Of a DNA stretch of 64,000 nucleotides, positions 27,411-40,578 are shown in pieces (the first letter of the stretch is position 1; the number at the start of each line of letters is the position of its first letter). Under the pieces are notes generated by a model. It saw only the letters and a list, made by a program, of their open reading frames with translations. It was not told the DNA's origin and ran no database searches. The position numbers and the translations under genes are program-made. The stretch comes from Cycas panzhihuaensis (lineage: Eukaryota; Plantae; Cycadophyta), in contig CM041465.1 of NCBI GenBank assembly GCA_023213395.1, positions 249,805,741 to 249,869,740 on the forward strand. The letters run 5' to 3'.

Positions 27411-28049
27411 TCATCATTCTCCCGGACTAAAATTACTGGCGCCATTCTTTCCACTGTACCTGCCATCTTTTTCATCTCTTGGCTGCTACGCTATTATTTG
27501 TGGTACCTATGATGTATTAGCAATAAATCAACCTTTCAATTCTGCGGGCGACCAAAACTAGTGTCGGTATCATACCAGTCGTGGCCGTTATAGGCTTTAT
27601 TGCCTTGTCTTTCTGATTTGGCAACATATTGTATCATCATCATGATTACAATCTCCGCGCTCATATTATGATGACAGTGTTATGAGCAGTCGTGTCATCC
27701 GTCCATTGCATTGACGCTTTCAAATTCACTGTCTGTCGATACTTTTTCCGCCAGTCACTTTCTCGCCGTCAATCCATCTCCGTCAGTCATTTTCTGTCTG
27801 TTAACATCTTGGCGTCAATATCGTCAATTGGACTGCCGTTACTTTGTCACTGATTGTACCTACTGTCTGTGTCTCATTTCCATGTACTGCCTTTGCACTA
27901 TTCCTTGATGACAGTGATTTTACCCCCCTTCTTTTCTTTTCTTTTTCTTTTTTTTTTTTTTTTTACATTCTATATAATTTCAGTCTACTGCCATTGATTA
28001 ATTTAGTCAATGGCTATCTGTCCAACTACTACAATCTGACTGCTCCATT

Positions 28050-31000
28050 TTCATAAATAAATTAAATTCTATATGGTCCTAGCCATCTAATTTTTATTTT
28101 TCCTAGTTTAAATTTAAACTTACTATCATACAATAATACCAAATCATTTACCTTAAATTCAGGCTTTTTGATGTGGCGATCATGCCATACTTTCTGTCTT
28201 TTCTTTTCTATTCTCAATTCCCATAGTGCTTGTACTCAGGTTTCATCCAGCTTCATTAACTGGATCGGCCGGTAGTTGAGGGACATCTCAGGATTTGTCC
28301 TGAGGTATTGTGCCACTCTCAGGCTTTCTGCTTGAAATTCCAGAGGAACTACAGCTTCCAAACCATACACTAGCTGAAATGGTATTTCTTTATGTGATCG
28401 CTTCTTTACCATTCTGTATGCCTAGAGGACTGAATGCAATTTTTCTGCCTAATTGGTTCGTTGTCCATTACAAATTTTCATCAAAGGGTTTATACTTTCC
28501 ACTTGCCTAATCAGTTTGTACTTTCCACTTGCCCATTTGCTCTAGGGTAATATGGTGAAGATCTTCGATGTTGAATGAAAAATTCTGTAGTCAAATATCT
28601 AATTATCAAATTCAGGAAAGCTCCTCCTTGATCAGACACAATTTCCAAAGGACAACCAAACCTTATAATAATAACTTCATACAAGAAGCGAGCTGTGCTT
28701 CTTGCATCACACTTTTTCATTAGTTTTGCCTTAGTCCATTTGGTTAAAAAGTCTGTGACTACTAATGTGTACCTTGCATTCATCTTTCTTGCTGGTGGAC
28801 TGATTGGTCCAACAAAATCCAATCCCCATTTTTCAAATGGAGCTTGGGCTAGTATTGGATGAAGTGGCATAAAGTTCTGTTTTGATGGCTTACCTACTCT
28901 TTGACAAATATCACAGGTTCTTACCCACTTTTTCACATCTTCGAACAATGTAGGCCACCATAATCATACTATCAAAACTTTTCTAGCTGTGACTTCTCCT
29001 CCGTGATGTGTTGTAGCTATCCCTCCATGAGCCTCCTTCAGTAATGGTTCTACTTCATGTTGAAGTATCCACCTTTGCAGAATTCCATCAGGTCCCAGTT
29101 TATACAACATACCACCTATTAGTTGGAATGGAAAAGTTTTCTTAATAAAACTTTTCCTTTCAACCCTTTCCAATCCTTGAGGTGTTTGTCTCGTGGTTAA
29201 ATACTCTGCGATTCCCTCGTACCATATAGGCATGGCCTCAACTGAGAATAATTTATGATCTAGAAAATCATCAAATACTCCCTTACCTTTCCCATTGTCT
29301 TTTATTTGTGACAATTGATCTGGTATGATGTGTTTCTCCCCCTTTTTTACCACAATTTTGAACATAAATTCCTGAAACAACATTAGCTAGTGGCTAATTC
29401 TCCCCTGTAAAATTGGTTTATTAATCAAGTATTGAAGAGCTTGATGATCCACAAAAAATACAAATGGATTTGCTAACAAGGAATGCTGAAACTTCTGCAG
29501 GGCATACACCATGCCTAATCCCTCTCGTTCGGTAATTGTATAGTTACGCTCAGTGGATGTCAACTTTCTACTTGCAAAAGCAATTGGAAGATCTATTTTT
29601 TCATCTTCTAGTTGGGCCAACACACAGCCAATGGCATACAATGATGCATCAACATGGACATGGAATGGTTTATTCCAGTCTAGAAACTTGAGCACAGGAG
29701 CTTCAACTATCTTCTTCTTCAGAGCATCAAAAGATAGTTGTTGTTGAAGTGTCCATTCCCATTTCATAGCTTTTTTCAGCAAGGATTCTAGAGGATGGGC
29801 TATTCGAGCATAATTTCTTATAAATTTCCAGTAATAACTAGTCATTCCTAAGAAACCTTTCAAGTTTTTTTGGCGTTTGAGGAACAGGGAATCTCAAAAT
29901 TATCTCTACCTTTGTCAGGTCAGTTTTTAATCCATCCTTCAAGATAATATGTCCCAGCAATGATCCAAATGGTACTAGGAAGGTACATTTATCTGGATTT
30001 AAGTATAATCTGCTTTCCCTGCACAATTCTAACATTAGCCTTAATTGAGATAAATATTTTTGTATTGTACTATATAGAGTCCAATCATCTAGAAATACCT
30101 CCATTGCTTTTCCCAACAATTTCCTGAAGATGTTTAAGATCACCCTTTGAAAGGTTACGTGAGCATTTGTTAGCCCAAATGGCATGACCCTATATGCATA
30201 TGACCCCCATTCCGTAATAAATGTTGTCTTCAATTGGTCCTCGAGTGCAATACGAACTTGATTATAGCCACTGAAGCCATTTGTGAATGAGAAAATCTCA
30301 TGTCCTGCTACTTTCTCCAGCACATCTTCCGTAAAGGGTATGGGGAATGGATCTTTCTTCGTGGCTTTATTCAAAGCTCTATAATCAATACATATATGTA
30401 ATTTTCCACTCTTTTTTGGTACTACCACCACTGGGCTTACCCATTCACTGTTTTCTACCTCAAATATATATCTGGCTTTTAATAATTTATCTAATTCTAT
30501 CTTTACTTGCTTCTTATAATACGGATTCATCCTGTAAGGTCTTTGCCTTACTGGTTTTGTATTTTCCATTAGCTCAATTCTGTGTTCTCCTAACTTTGGA
30601 GGAATTCCTTTTAGGTCTTTATAAGACCATGCGAAGACATCCTTAAATTCTTGAAAAGGAGAGGTAGCTTCTTGTATCATTGCAGGTTCCCAATAATCAC
30701 CTAATTGTATACACTTTGGATTGTCTTATGTCCCTACATTAATGGGTTTGAGCTGAAGCTTTTCCCTTTGAACAGATTTTCCATCCGAGTTTAGTTCATA
30801 AGCTGGTGCCTGCAAAATTTCCTTATTCCTATACTCAACAACAGAATATGTTCTAGGAAAATTCCTTTCTTCTTTAGAATCTTCTTCAGAACATGCCGTA
30901 TTTTTAGATAATTCATACAAGCAATCATTTTGTATTTTATTAAAAGGAAGAATTACATCATCTTCTTTAGAATCCCATGATACATTGTTACCTTTACTTG

Positions 31001-34000
31001 ATTCATCCAAACATAATTCCATCAGGTAACATTTTAAGGATTCTCCAATTTCTTCCCAAGCTGATTGTAACCAGTCCAACAGATATATAGATGAAGTCTT
31101 GCTCGCCATCTGCAGAGGGGTCTTCAATGCTTGGAATGCTATCTCTGAACAGGGACTTACTATCATGGTTATTGATGCTGTTGTTGAGGACATTCGGTCT
31201 TCAGCTTCTATCTTTTCAATATGCAGACCATCTGAACACTGAGATAGTACAACTTTCTTTCCTGCAGAATACAAGGTAAAAGTCATTCTTCCCCAATCCT
31301 GCAAGGCCTTTGTTGCCAACAACCATGGCCTCCCTAGCAGTGCTGGATATGTTTTACTATGGTCTTGCATTCTGACGACTGCAAAATCCAATTGAACTAT
31401 AATTCTTGCTATAGTTACTGGAATGTCCAACAAGGACCCCATGGGTCGAACCTGCAATTGGTTAGCTAACCGAATTGTATAGTCTGGGGAAACCAGTTTT
31501 GGCCATCCCAAAGAAATCCAAGAGGATTCAGGGAGTACATTTACTCCTGATCCTCCATCCACCACTGTTTTGCAAATCAAAGTTCCCAACAACATCATTG
31601 GAACTCGTGGGTCAATTGCATCCATCTTCATTGTTCTTAACACTGGTTTTTCCATATGATGCAAAAAATAACCAGCTTCCCGCCATTTAAAAATTACAGA
31701 TATAGGAATAGATATACCTGATTCTATTAGCAACGCCTTTACAATTTATAATTTTTGCCAAGGATTTTGCTCCTCCTGTGCCAATGATCTTCTCTAGTAT
31801 ACTTTTCGTTTGAATCAATTTATTTGTTCCATTTCATCCAATTGTACTGTCCTTGTCACCTCTTGTATGGCCTCAACAGCTTCCTGTAGTCTTTTCTTTT
31901 CCACTGCTGGATCTGGAAAATTTACAGTGTCTATTAGTTTTGTAGCTATTCCGCTTCTCGTCTGCACATATACTGGCTTTTCCTTATCTGGAATTTTTGT
32001 GGCTAGATTTAAAGTTTGTATTTTAAGACTAGGATTCTTTAGATAGTTTGCCTACTCATGGTCTGTTGGGTTGCATTCCTCACAGATATAATCTTTTCCT
32101 TGTTTCTCTAATGGACAATTTGTCCTAAAATGTCCCCATCTTGAGCATAGATGGCAGCAGACTGGTTTAGTCTTCCCTTTGTATTGCTTAAAGGAAGAAT
32201 TTTCCTTCTTCTGGTAAAAGGATTCTCTTGGTGGATTTCTGTAAGAACATTCCCATGTGTTATAATTTTCCCTCCTACAGATTTCACACCATTTCTTCTC
32301 TTTACTGATGTTCGTTTCTGAAATGACCCTATTGTCCACAAGGGGGTGGGCACCATACGTTCTCTCGTGCTTTTCCCACTTTTAATTTAGCTATTTCATT
32401 CCTTAGCTTTTCAATCTCATCATTCTGTTAATTTTCAGCAGGCATCATGAAGGATTATTGTTTCAACATTTCCAGTTCTTTTTTCATCTTTTCAATTTCT
32501 GGGTTTGTGGTCCATAAGGACATTTGTCTTAAATTCTAGATTCCATTATATGCTATCCTCGTCTGGTTTTCGAATCGCAACACCAGTTCTTTAACTTGTT
32601 TATAATTATTTAAAGGATAAAACATGACTTTTTCCTTTAAATGAGGTAATAGACCTTGTACAAAATACTTGAGTGATAGCATAGGATTAATTGGAACAAG
32701 AGGATCCATTTTATTTAATATGATTCTTAATCTACCATCAAAGTCATTAACTGATTCACCTAGAATTTGTCTGATTTCTTTCAGGGCCTAAAATACCGCC
32801 ATTGGATCTCTTAACCTTTGAAATCTATCCAAAAATTTCGTTTGAACTGCTTCCCAACTAGGATTTGTTCCTGCAACATATTGGTACTATACGATTGTTG
32901 TTCCCTGCAATGTGGAAAAGAATCTAGCTTTGATTTCTTCAGGATCTTTAATTTTCTTGATTTTTAACATGTTGGAGAACAAAGCTAGATGATCTTCGGG
33001 GTCTCCAGACCCATCAAACTGAAGATGTCCAAACATAGCATTGTTTTGTACCACTACATATGGAGAGATTGTTTGACTTCCTCCACTTCCTTGCGACATT
33101 GTTCTTGGACCTGAAGATCCTGGTCTCGCTGGTTTAATTATGTTCAATTTGTCCTCGCTTCCTCCTTGCTTCAATGTTGCACTTTCTGGGCTTTCTTTAA
33201 TGAATGATGACCCTGTGAACATATGAGTCATTCTATACAATGGGTTCAACACATGAGAGTGATCTTCTTTTACCTGCAGAATATAACAGTCCCACCCTGC
33301 TACGGTGGTGTTGTATACTTCTAATTTAAATAATTTTTCTTCCTTTATCTCAGTCTGCAAACTTCCTTCTTGTTTATTCATCAGTTCCTGATTTCTCTTA
33401 GGATTCAAGTCTCCCTGCACTGTTTCATTATGCCTGAGCAATTCTTCATTACTCAATGTTTTTTATGAATTTTTAAATTTTAACAGTAATTCTACATAGT
33501 TCTTTTGTTGATCATTCCACTTATCTGTGTCTTCACTCAAGTGCAACCCTTCGTGGGTTTGCCAGTCTGCTATTTGCTGAGTTTTTAGCGAATTTTCAAC
33601 TTCTACTGGCCGCAACCCTTTATGGGTTTGCCCACCTTCCTCTTGCTAGTTTTCTAGCAATTTCTCTGCTTCCACCAGGCATAACCCTAACTGGGTTTGC
33701 TGCCCTTCTATGCGTTGATTTATCAGGGAATTTCCTATTTCTTCTTGGCGCAACCCTGGCTGGGTTTGTTGCCCCTCCTCTTGATAGTTTTCCAGCAATT
33801 TCTCTGCTTCTACTTGGCACAACCCTGACTGGGTTTGCAACACTTCTATACGCTGATTTATCAACGAATTTCCTGTTTCTACTTGGTGCAACCCTGGCTG
33901 GGTTTGTTGCCCTAACTCAACTACTTGCTTTTGCTTTAAACTTTGAAATATGTCCAAATTTTCCCGTACCTGATTATCTTGAAGATTTTGCAGGTCTCTC

Positions 34001-34300
34001 TCTTTCACGTCTTTATCTTTTACTTGATTTTGCTCTTCTTTTTCATCAAAAATTTTGCTACTTTTTTCTTCCTTTGGCTGACTCATGTCTTCCTGGGGCT
34101 CCTCATCCTTCCTTTGGCTGACTTATGTCTTCCTCTGGCTTTCCTCTTACCGCCCCTTCCAACTTCACTTTTTTACTGGTGTTTTCTCTATTGGCTCCTT
34201 AGGTCTTCACATGCCTTCTTAGCTCTTCTCCGTGTCCCAGCATCGACTTCTTTCATCCCGCGTCTCTATCTTCTTTAGCGAGTTAACCCAAGGTGGCATG
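28050..34300 (-). pseudogene. Gypsy gag-pol of F, disrupted
   Basis: FDGSGDPEDHL (gag); CHLCSRWGHFRTNC (knuckle); VVDGGSGVN (PR); CIDYRALN, VMPFGLTNA, VFLDD (RT); HVDASLYAIG (RH); CDICQR, PFEKWGLDFVGP, SSPYYPRANGQVE (INT). Confidence 0.95.
33541..33912 (-). repeat. In-frame 69-bp (23-aa) tandem repeat, ~5.4 copies, in the Gag N-terminal extension
   Basis: Alternating units GQQTQPGLxQxExGNSLINQRIE and xxQTQxGLCxVEAEKLLENxQEE. Confidence 0.85.
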
Positions 34301-34341
34301 AGCGGCCTCTGATTTTTAATTTTTCATCATTTTCCGTTAGG

Positions 34342-34360
34342 AAGTCCGACAACAGAACTA
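34342..34360 (-). promoter_or_regulatory. PBS of F, tRNA-Glu-like
   Basis: Minus strand tagttctgttgtcggactt, 3 nt from the LTR; resembles TGGTTCCGTTGCCGGGACTT, the complement of a plant tRNA-Glu 3' end as recalled. Confidence 0.65.
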
Positions 34361-34363
34361 ATA

Positions 34364-35047
34364 TATGTGTGCCTCAATCATACTTGTAACATACAGAATA
34401 CAAAGAGAAAGACACACACGTTGGAGGTAAAATCATCCAGAATTACTTTCATTCAAAACATGGCACTACGTCTGGTCCTCTCACAACCAGACGCCTACCA
34501 GAATAGTACAGAATGGCTACCCTAACACGTGGAGCAATACTATTACAATTATATGTATGCAAACTGAATCATGTTCTGCATATTACGGTTCCCACTTTTA
34601 TATACAAATTATGGATGTTACATAACTGTTTCCTAAAAATAAGTTATTTCTTGTAACTGTCATGGGTCTGCCCGCTGCCCGGACAGACCCATTTGCTGCC
34701 CAAATAGCAGCTGGGTAGCAGTTACTGCAGTCGTGTAGCAGTTGCTGTACTCTGTGTAGTAGTTACCGCAGCTGCATAGTAGTTGCCGCAGTCGTGTAGC
34801 AGTCACCGCACCTTGCGTAGTAGTCACTGCACCTTGTGTAGCAGTTGTTGTAGTCGCATAGTAGTCACCGCACCTTGCATAGCAGTTGCTGCACTCTGTA
34901 TAGTAGTTGCTGCAACTACATAGCAGTTCTGTAGTAGCCTTGTAGTGGTTGTAGCAGTCCCATAGCAACCTTGTAGTGGTTGTAGCAGTCCCATAGTAGC
35001 ATTGTAGTAGTTGTAGCAGCAAAATCAACTACTTTTCCCTACACACA
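34364..35047 (-). repeat. 5' LTR of F (684 bp)
   Basis: Matches 25033-25709; adjacent to the PBS and the TSD. Confidence 0.93.
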
Positions 35048-36734
35048 ATAAGTTAAACATTATGGAGGAGATGTTAGAAAGTAATGTTGAATTCATGGTC
35101 AATCTATGATTATGATTAGTATTATCATTACCTTTCCCTCTCTATAGTTGAGCATTATTAAATTATCTATCTATCTATATATATATAGAGGCACTCTTAT
35201 TTTTCAATGATTCTCATAGGATTCTTGATACATGAGCATCATTAATATATACATTAGAGCTTACTAAATCATGAACATTTATAGAATATCTCTAAACCCC
35301 CCCCTCCCCTTCCCCCCACCCATTCAACCTTTATGAGCTACTATATATCTATAAATATATATCTTTGACTAGATAGCTAGATAGGATAGTGTAGTCATTA
35401 ATCCTTCATCATAGCCCTCCACGAGCATTCATACCATATGTGTGATAAGATTTGTTGACATATCACATTTAGTGCTAAGCAAATTTTTTTATTATCCTTA
35501 TGAGTGAGCTATTATGGCTAGTCTCAATAGTGGTCCATGTTCATTCATAAATATAATGGATGATCATAGAGAAAAAACTAGTAGCAATAACCTCTATTTA
35601 TCAAGTAGTTATGGTTTCTAAGAGGGCAAGAAAGTTTATCCCAAAGATTTATGATAATATGAGCCTAATATTCTTGCAATTTTTTTATATAGGCAAGTTG
35701 CAAATAATGTTGTGATTGAAGTTAATTGTAGAACTCTCCTCACATACTTTGATTGTCCCTCTTTGGACATTATGTTTAGATAATCTGTTAAAGACTCTTT
35801 TGAGGTCTTTAGATAGAAGGTTAGTTTGATTCATAACTTTTTGAAAGGTCGTTTTCTTTCATCTTTTCTCACCTTGAAGACTTGTAGCAAGTTCTTAGAC
35901 AAGGCTTGTGGATATATCATAGCAATTTGATAATGTTTAACAAATAAGAGTTAAGCTTCTCTATTGACCATGTTAGTACATATAAATATCTAAGGTAGGT
36001 AGAATTTCTTAATCTCCCACTCTACCTCTAGACACTTGTCAAAGAACTCACTAGTAAACTAGGAGAATTTGTATATCTTAAACTTTATAGTAAGTTCTAC
36101 CCTCACCCCTATATACAAGCATGTGTAAGGGTAGACTTATTTAAAGAACTTAAATTTATTACTATATATTTTGGAAATAAAACTCATAAATAAAGGATTA
36201 TTTTTCTTAATGTCTCTAGTGTGTGCTTTAAATACCACTCTCAAGAGCATAGGATTAAGATTTATACTTTAATTATTATGGAGTTTAAGCAATTTGATCC
36301 TAAAAAACACCTAATAACCCCCCAATTATTAAGCATGAAAATAGATGGATAGAGGCTCATGATAAGAAATCTTTAAGTCATAATAGAAAAGGCAAGCAAC
36401 ATCACGGTAGGAGCAAAAACCTAATTAAGAGTATGAATAAGAAAGTATCTACCTCTAAGGAGGTCAAAGACCTAACTATAGCTAGGGTGCATTTTAAGGT
36501 AGAGCCTATTAAGATTCAAGACCCTCCTCCTATAATCCTCGAGCCTATATCATTCTTTAATATTTCTAGATTACAAAAAAGAAAACCCAAGGTTGAGGAT
36601 CCAAAAGAATTGGGTATTATAAACTATTTTGAATCTATATAGGAAAATTTCCAAGAAAAACTTGAGTCAATTTGAAACTTTAACCTCAACCCCAAAAGAT
36701 AAGGGAAAGGATATTGAAAATGAGAGTGGTTATA

Positions 36735-39700
36735 TTAAATGTCCTTAGTTGGAATCCAATGGGACTTATTGGCTCATGTAGGAGTACTATAATTAGAAGG
36801 ATGAGATATAAATTCCTTTTGTTAGATGTGGTATCTCTGTAAGAGGTTAAATATTTAGGTAATAACCTTAGATTTTATTTAAATTATGTGTGGCTTGGTT
36901 TCACCTAGTTCTATATAGGCCATCCATAAGGAGTTGGGGGATCTATATTTTTATTAGATCCCAAGCTAGGGAGAAATATTATCTAGTTAGGCTCAAATCG
37001 TGATAATCATTGCATGTAGATTTTAGTTAAAGTAGAGAATGTTGTGTTTAGTGTGATCAATATTTATCCACCCAATAACCCTTAAGGAAGGGAGGCATCT
37101 TTAGTGTTAAGTGGTGATTTCAATATGGTGGAATCATAAGAGGATAAATGTGGTGGCAAGTCATTCAAATGGAATCATGAAGAATAATATGTGTGGCTCA
37201 ACCTCAAAAGTAGGTTGATAATTTATAACCTAAATTCATATAGAAGAAAAGAAGAACATGATTTATGGTTTATGTGGTCCAATATTAGAGCCAAATATCA
37301 TAGGATTATGAAAATATTGAACAAAGTCATGAATTATAATAGTTATTAGTTCCAAACTCCCCTAAAAAGAGTAGACTAGTCTCTGTCATTAATAATATGG
37401 TTATGTAAGACCATTATCTTATTTTCTTTATTATTTCTTAAGGGGAAAGGAGAATGTTTGGATCTAAATCACCTTTTATGTTTAATGTTTCACACCTCTT
37501 TAAATTTGCCTCAATGGAATCAAACAAGTTTAGGATTAGCCCCCACTCCCAAGGGCCCCATTAGATGGATCACATGGAAGGAAGAAGTAGTTGGTAGGGT
37601 AGCCTCCTTCCTTAGGGCTTATAAGAAGTTGATTACTCTCATTAGAAAAAGGGTTAAGGGAGAGATACTACCAGAGGGCTAATTTTTATTAGATATATAC
37701 TAAATATTAACTATTTTGATGAAAATATTAAAAAATAAGTAGATGTATTATCTTAGTAGTTTAAAGTGGAAAATTTTAAGAAAAACAACGGGGCTCAGGT
37801 ATGGGCTAGTATGCATGGGATTAAGGATAGGAAAAAATGCACCAAATTATTCTTCTAGTATCTTAAGAATAAGCACTCCAAGGAGGGTATCATAGTATTG
37901 AAGACCCTAAATGGGACATTAGCCAAATAAGAGGAAATTATTGAGGAGTTTAGGTTAAACAACTCCCATGTTTTTAAAATGTAAGCTTCTTCTAAAGAAG
38001 TAAGTGCTGCCTTAGAGAAATGTATATGATTGATATTGAACTAACTATCTCAACCCTAGAAAGATAGTTATGATGCCCCCCCTTAGGAAAGAAGAGCTAG
38101 AGGGTGCTCTACAAGAAATGGCTAATGAGAAACCCATTAGGGTTTATGAATTCCATTGTAAATTTCACAAAGCCACTTAGGAAATGATAGGCCCAATGTT
38201 GCTTAAGGTTTATCATGAAGCCTTTCACGCTAACACACTACAAAATAAGATAAATCAAGGGAGCATCAAATTGATTCTCAAAGGGGATGACCTAGAGGTC
38301 ATCACAATCTAATGACCTATCTTTATCCTTAATGTTTCTTATAAAAGTCTAGCTAAAGCATTAGCTAGGCATGTGAGATACATCCTTTTAGAAGCGGTAA
38401 GGACTAAGTAGATAAGCTTCAATAGGGGAAGGTATATTTAGGATAATTTATTAGCTATATGGGAAGGTGTGAAATAGGCTATGATGTCTTAATACGATAC
38501 ACTTTTCATGGAACTTGATTTTGAAAACACTTATGATCAAGTATAATGGAAGTTTATTTTCTATATGTTAATAGCCTTTGGATTTGGTGTGCTATTTAGG
38601 CATATGGTGCAAACTCTTTTACTAATTCCTCAATTAAAAACTCGCTACATGGCACACTCACCAACCTAATCAAGCTAAAAAGGTCTATTAGATAGGGATG
38701 TCCACTAGTACTATCTCTCTTTATATTAGTTGTGGATGCACTAGGATATTTATTGCAAGATGACATTGAGAAAGGTATAATAATAGGGATTACTTTGTCT
38801 AATTTAGGCAAGTAGCTAGCCAATAGGCACTTTGTTGATGATTATTTTCTTAGAACTAGAGTTGAGGAAGGGTTGATCAAAGAAAAATTAAAGGTTATAT
38901 ATGTGTTTTATTTAATCTCTGACCCTAAAACTCCATGGAGAAAATTTGTGTACTACCTCTAATCCCCAAAGGACAAACCAACTTAGCTTGAATAATATTA
39001 TTGGGCATGAATAAGCACTAGGAAAATTTTTAAATTCTTAGGCATTAATTTTGGATTTAGAGCTTTCTTAGCTCAGATGTAAGAATATGTAGTTAACAAA
39101 GTATAGAAGAAACATATAAGATGGTGCATAAAGATTTTATCATTAGTAGTGAGATACCAGATTTACTTAAAAGTGTTGGCAGCTATGCATGCATACTACT
39201 TTTCATATTAGGTCCTATCTAAATCTACTTATGAGAAATTAATCTAACTTCTTTACTTTTTCCCATGGTTCCTTAGAGAAGGAAAGAAAGGCTTTATCTT
39301 GGTGAGCTGGTAGGTCTATTATAAATCTAAGGTGGAGGGAGGTCTAGGAATTAATAATATTAAACAACAGAGCCAAGAAATTTTCATCAAATGGTTAGTT
39401 AAAGCAACAGAAAGGGATGAGATTTAGAGGGTGCTTCTCAAGTATAACTTCCTTAGATTTACCTTAAACTTTAATATAGTGCTTATCACCATAATTCCTA
39501 TCAAGTTGGTTGGCTTCTCCATCTTCAAAACCATATGGAAATCTTAGGAAAGTTATAAGACATAGCTAACTTGGAGAGGGATAGTGCCCAATAAAGGACT
39601 CTTGGTTGTCCAACATTTTAGATGGTGGATGCCATTGATCTATAAGGAAGGAAAACACTTAGGCTAATCATCATAGTTCAAAGCCTAATGTATCCACAAA

Positions 39701-40560
39701 AGAGAGCTAGAAATGATTGGGAAAATGTTTAATAGAGGACATGGTTACTAAAGACATGGAATGTACTAAAATATAATTTCTTTAATTCATTATAGAGGAG
39801 GTAAAGAGATGTTATCTAGTTGCCCAAATTATTAACTTTGCCATTAATGGTAATGAAAGTTGGTAGAAGGATTACGTGTGGTATGCTTCCAAGTTATTTA
39901 ATAAATTTATTTCTTTCTACATATACAAGCTAATGGAGACATAAAATAGGATGTCTTCCAGATTAAACAAGATTAGGAGGACAACAAATAATGGTTGGAT
40001 TTGGTACAAATGATTTTGATGATTATGGGAAGCCCCTATACAACCCAAGAAGGCATTTGTTTCCTAGTTATCATTAAAAAATGGATTTCTTATTAAGGCC
40101 AAACTACCAAAGATTGGATAGGGAGACCTATCTTATGTGCTATATGGCAACTAGAAATAACATTATGCCTATTATGGTAATGGCCACTAGCTAAGTTAAC
40201 ATGGGCACAGTTAAAGAATTTATTAAACCATTCATGTATAGTGTAATAAGATAGAATACTTCCATACTAGGAGACACCAACCCTATATCATAGAGCTCTG
40301 GTAAAGCTTAGGATTAATTTTGCATAGAAGTCTTATATTATATTTATAAACAAAAGAATGTTGTAATTTTTAATGGAAAACCTCACATTAGATGTGTTAC
40401 TTCTAAGATGACTTCTAGTTTATTGACTTTTTATTCTCTACATATTAATACTCAAGTATAAAAGGTGTAGTTAAAACCCTTCCATCTACTTGAGTTAATC
40501 AATTATTCAGGCTCAACCCCCTATCCTATAAGCATATTGCCTCTAGATGAGGTAAGCTTG
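36735..40560 (+). pseudogene. LINE ORF2 (APE endonuclease, RT, zf-RVT), heavily decayed
   Basis: VLSWNPMGL; INIYPPNN; SGDFNMVE; LDFENTYDQV; RSIR*GCPL; HFVDD; FKFLGI; KVEGGLGI. Confidence 0.88.
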
Positions 40561-40578
40561 AAGTAACCCTCTAGTTGA

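Larger units (their letters stand above)
25033..35047 (-). mobile_element. Element F: full-length non-chromovirus Ty3/Gypsy with an extra 3' ORF
   Basis: LTRs 25033-25709 and 34364-35047; TSD ATAAG at 25028-25032 and 35048-35052; purine-rich tract on the minus strand at 25710-25725; gag-PR-RT-RH-INT on the minus strand. Confidence 0.95.

Noticed and set aside
34660-35028. 122-aa Thr/Tyr/Cys-rich ORF in the F LTR
   Set aside because: It arises from GTAGCA tandem repeats, and the ORF track shows no equivalent ORF in the other LTR.
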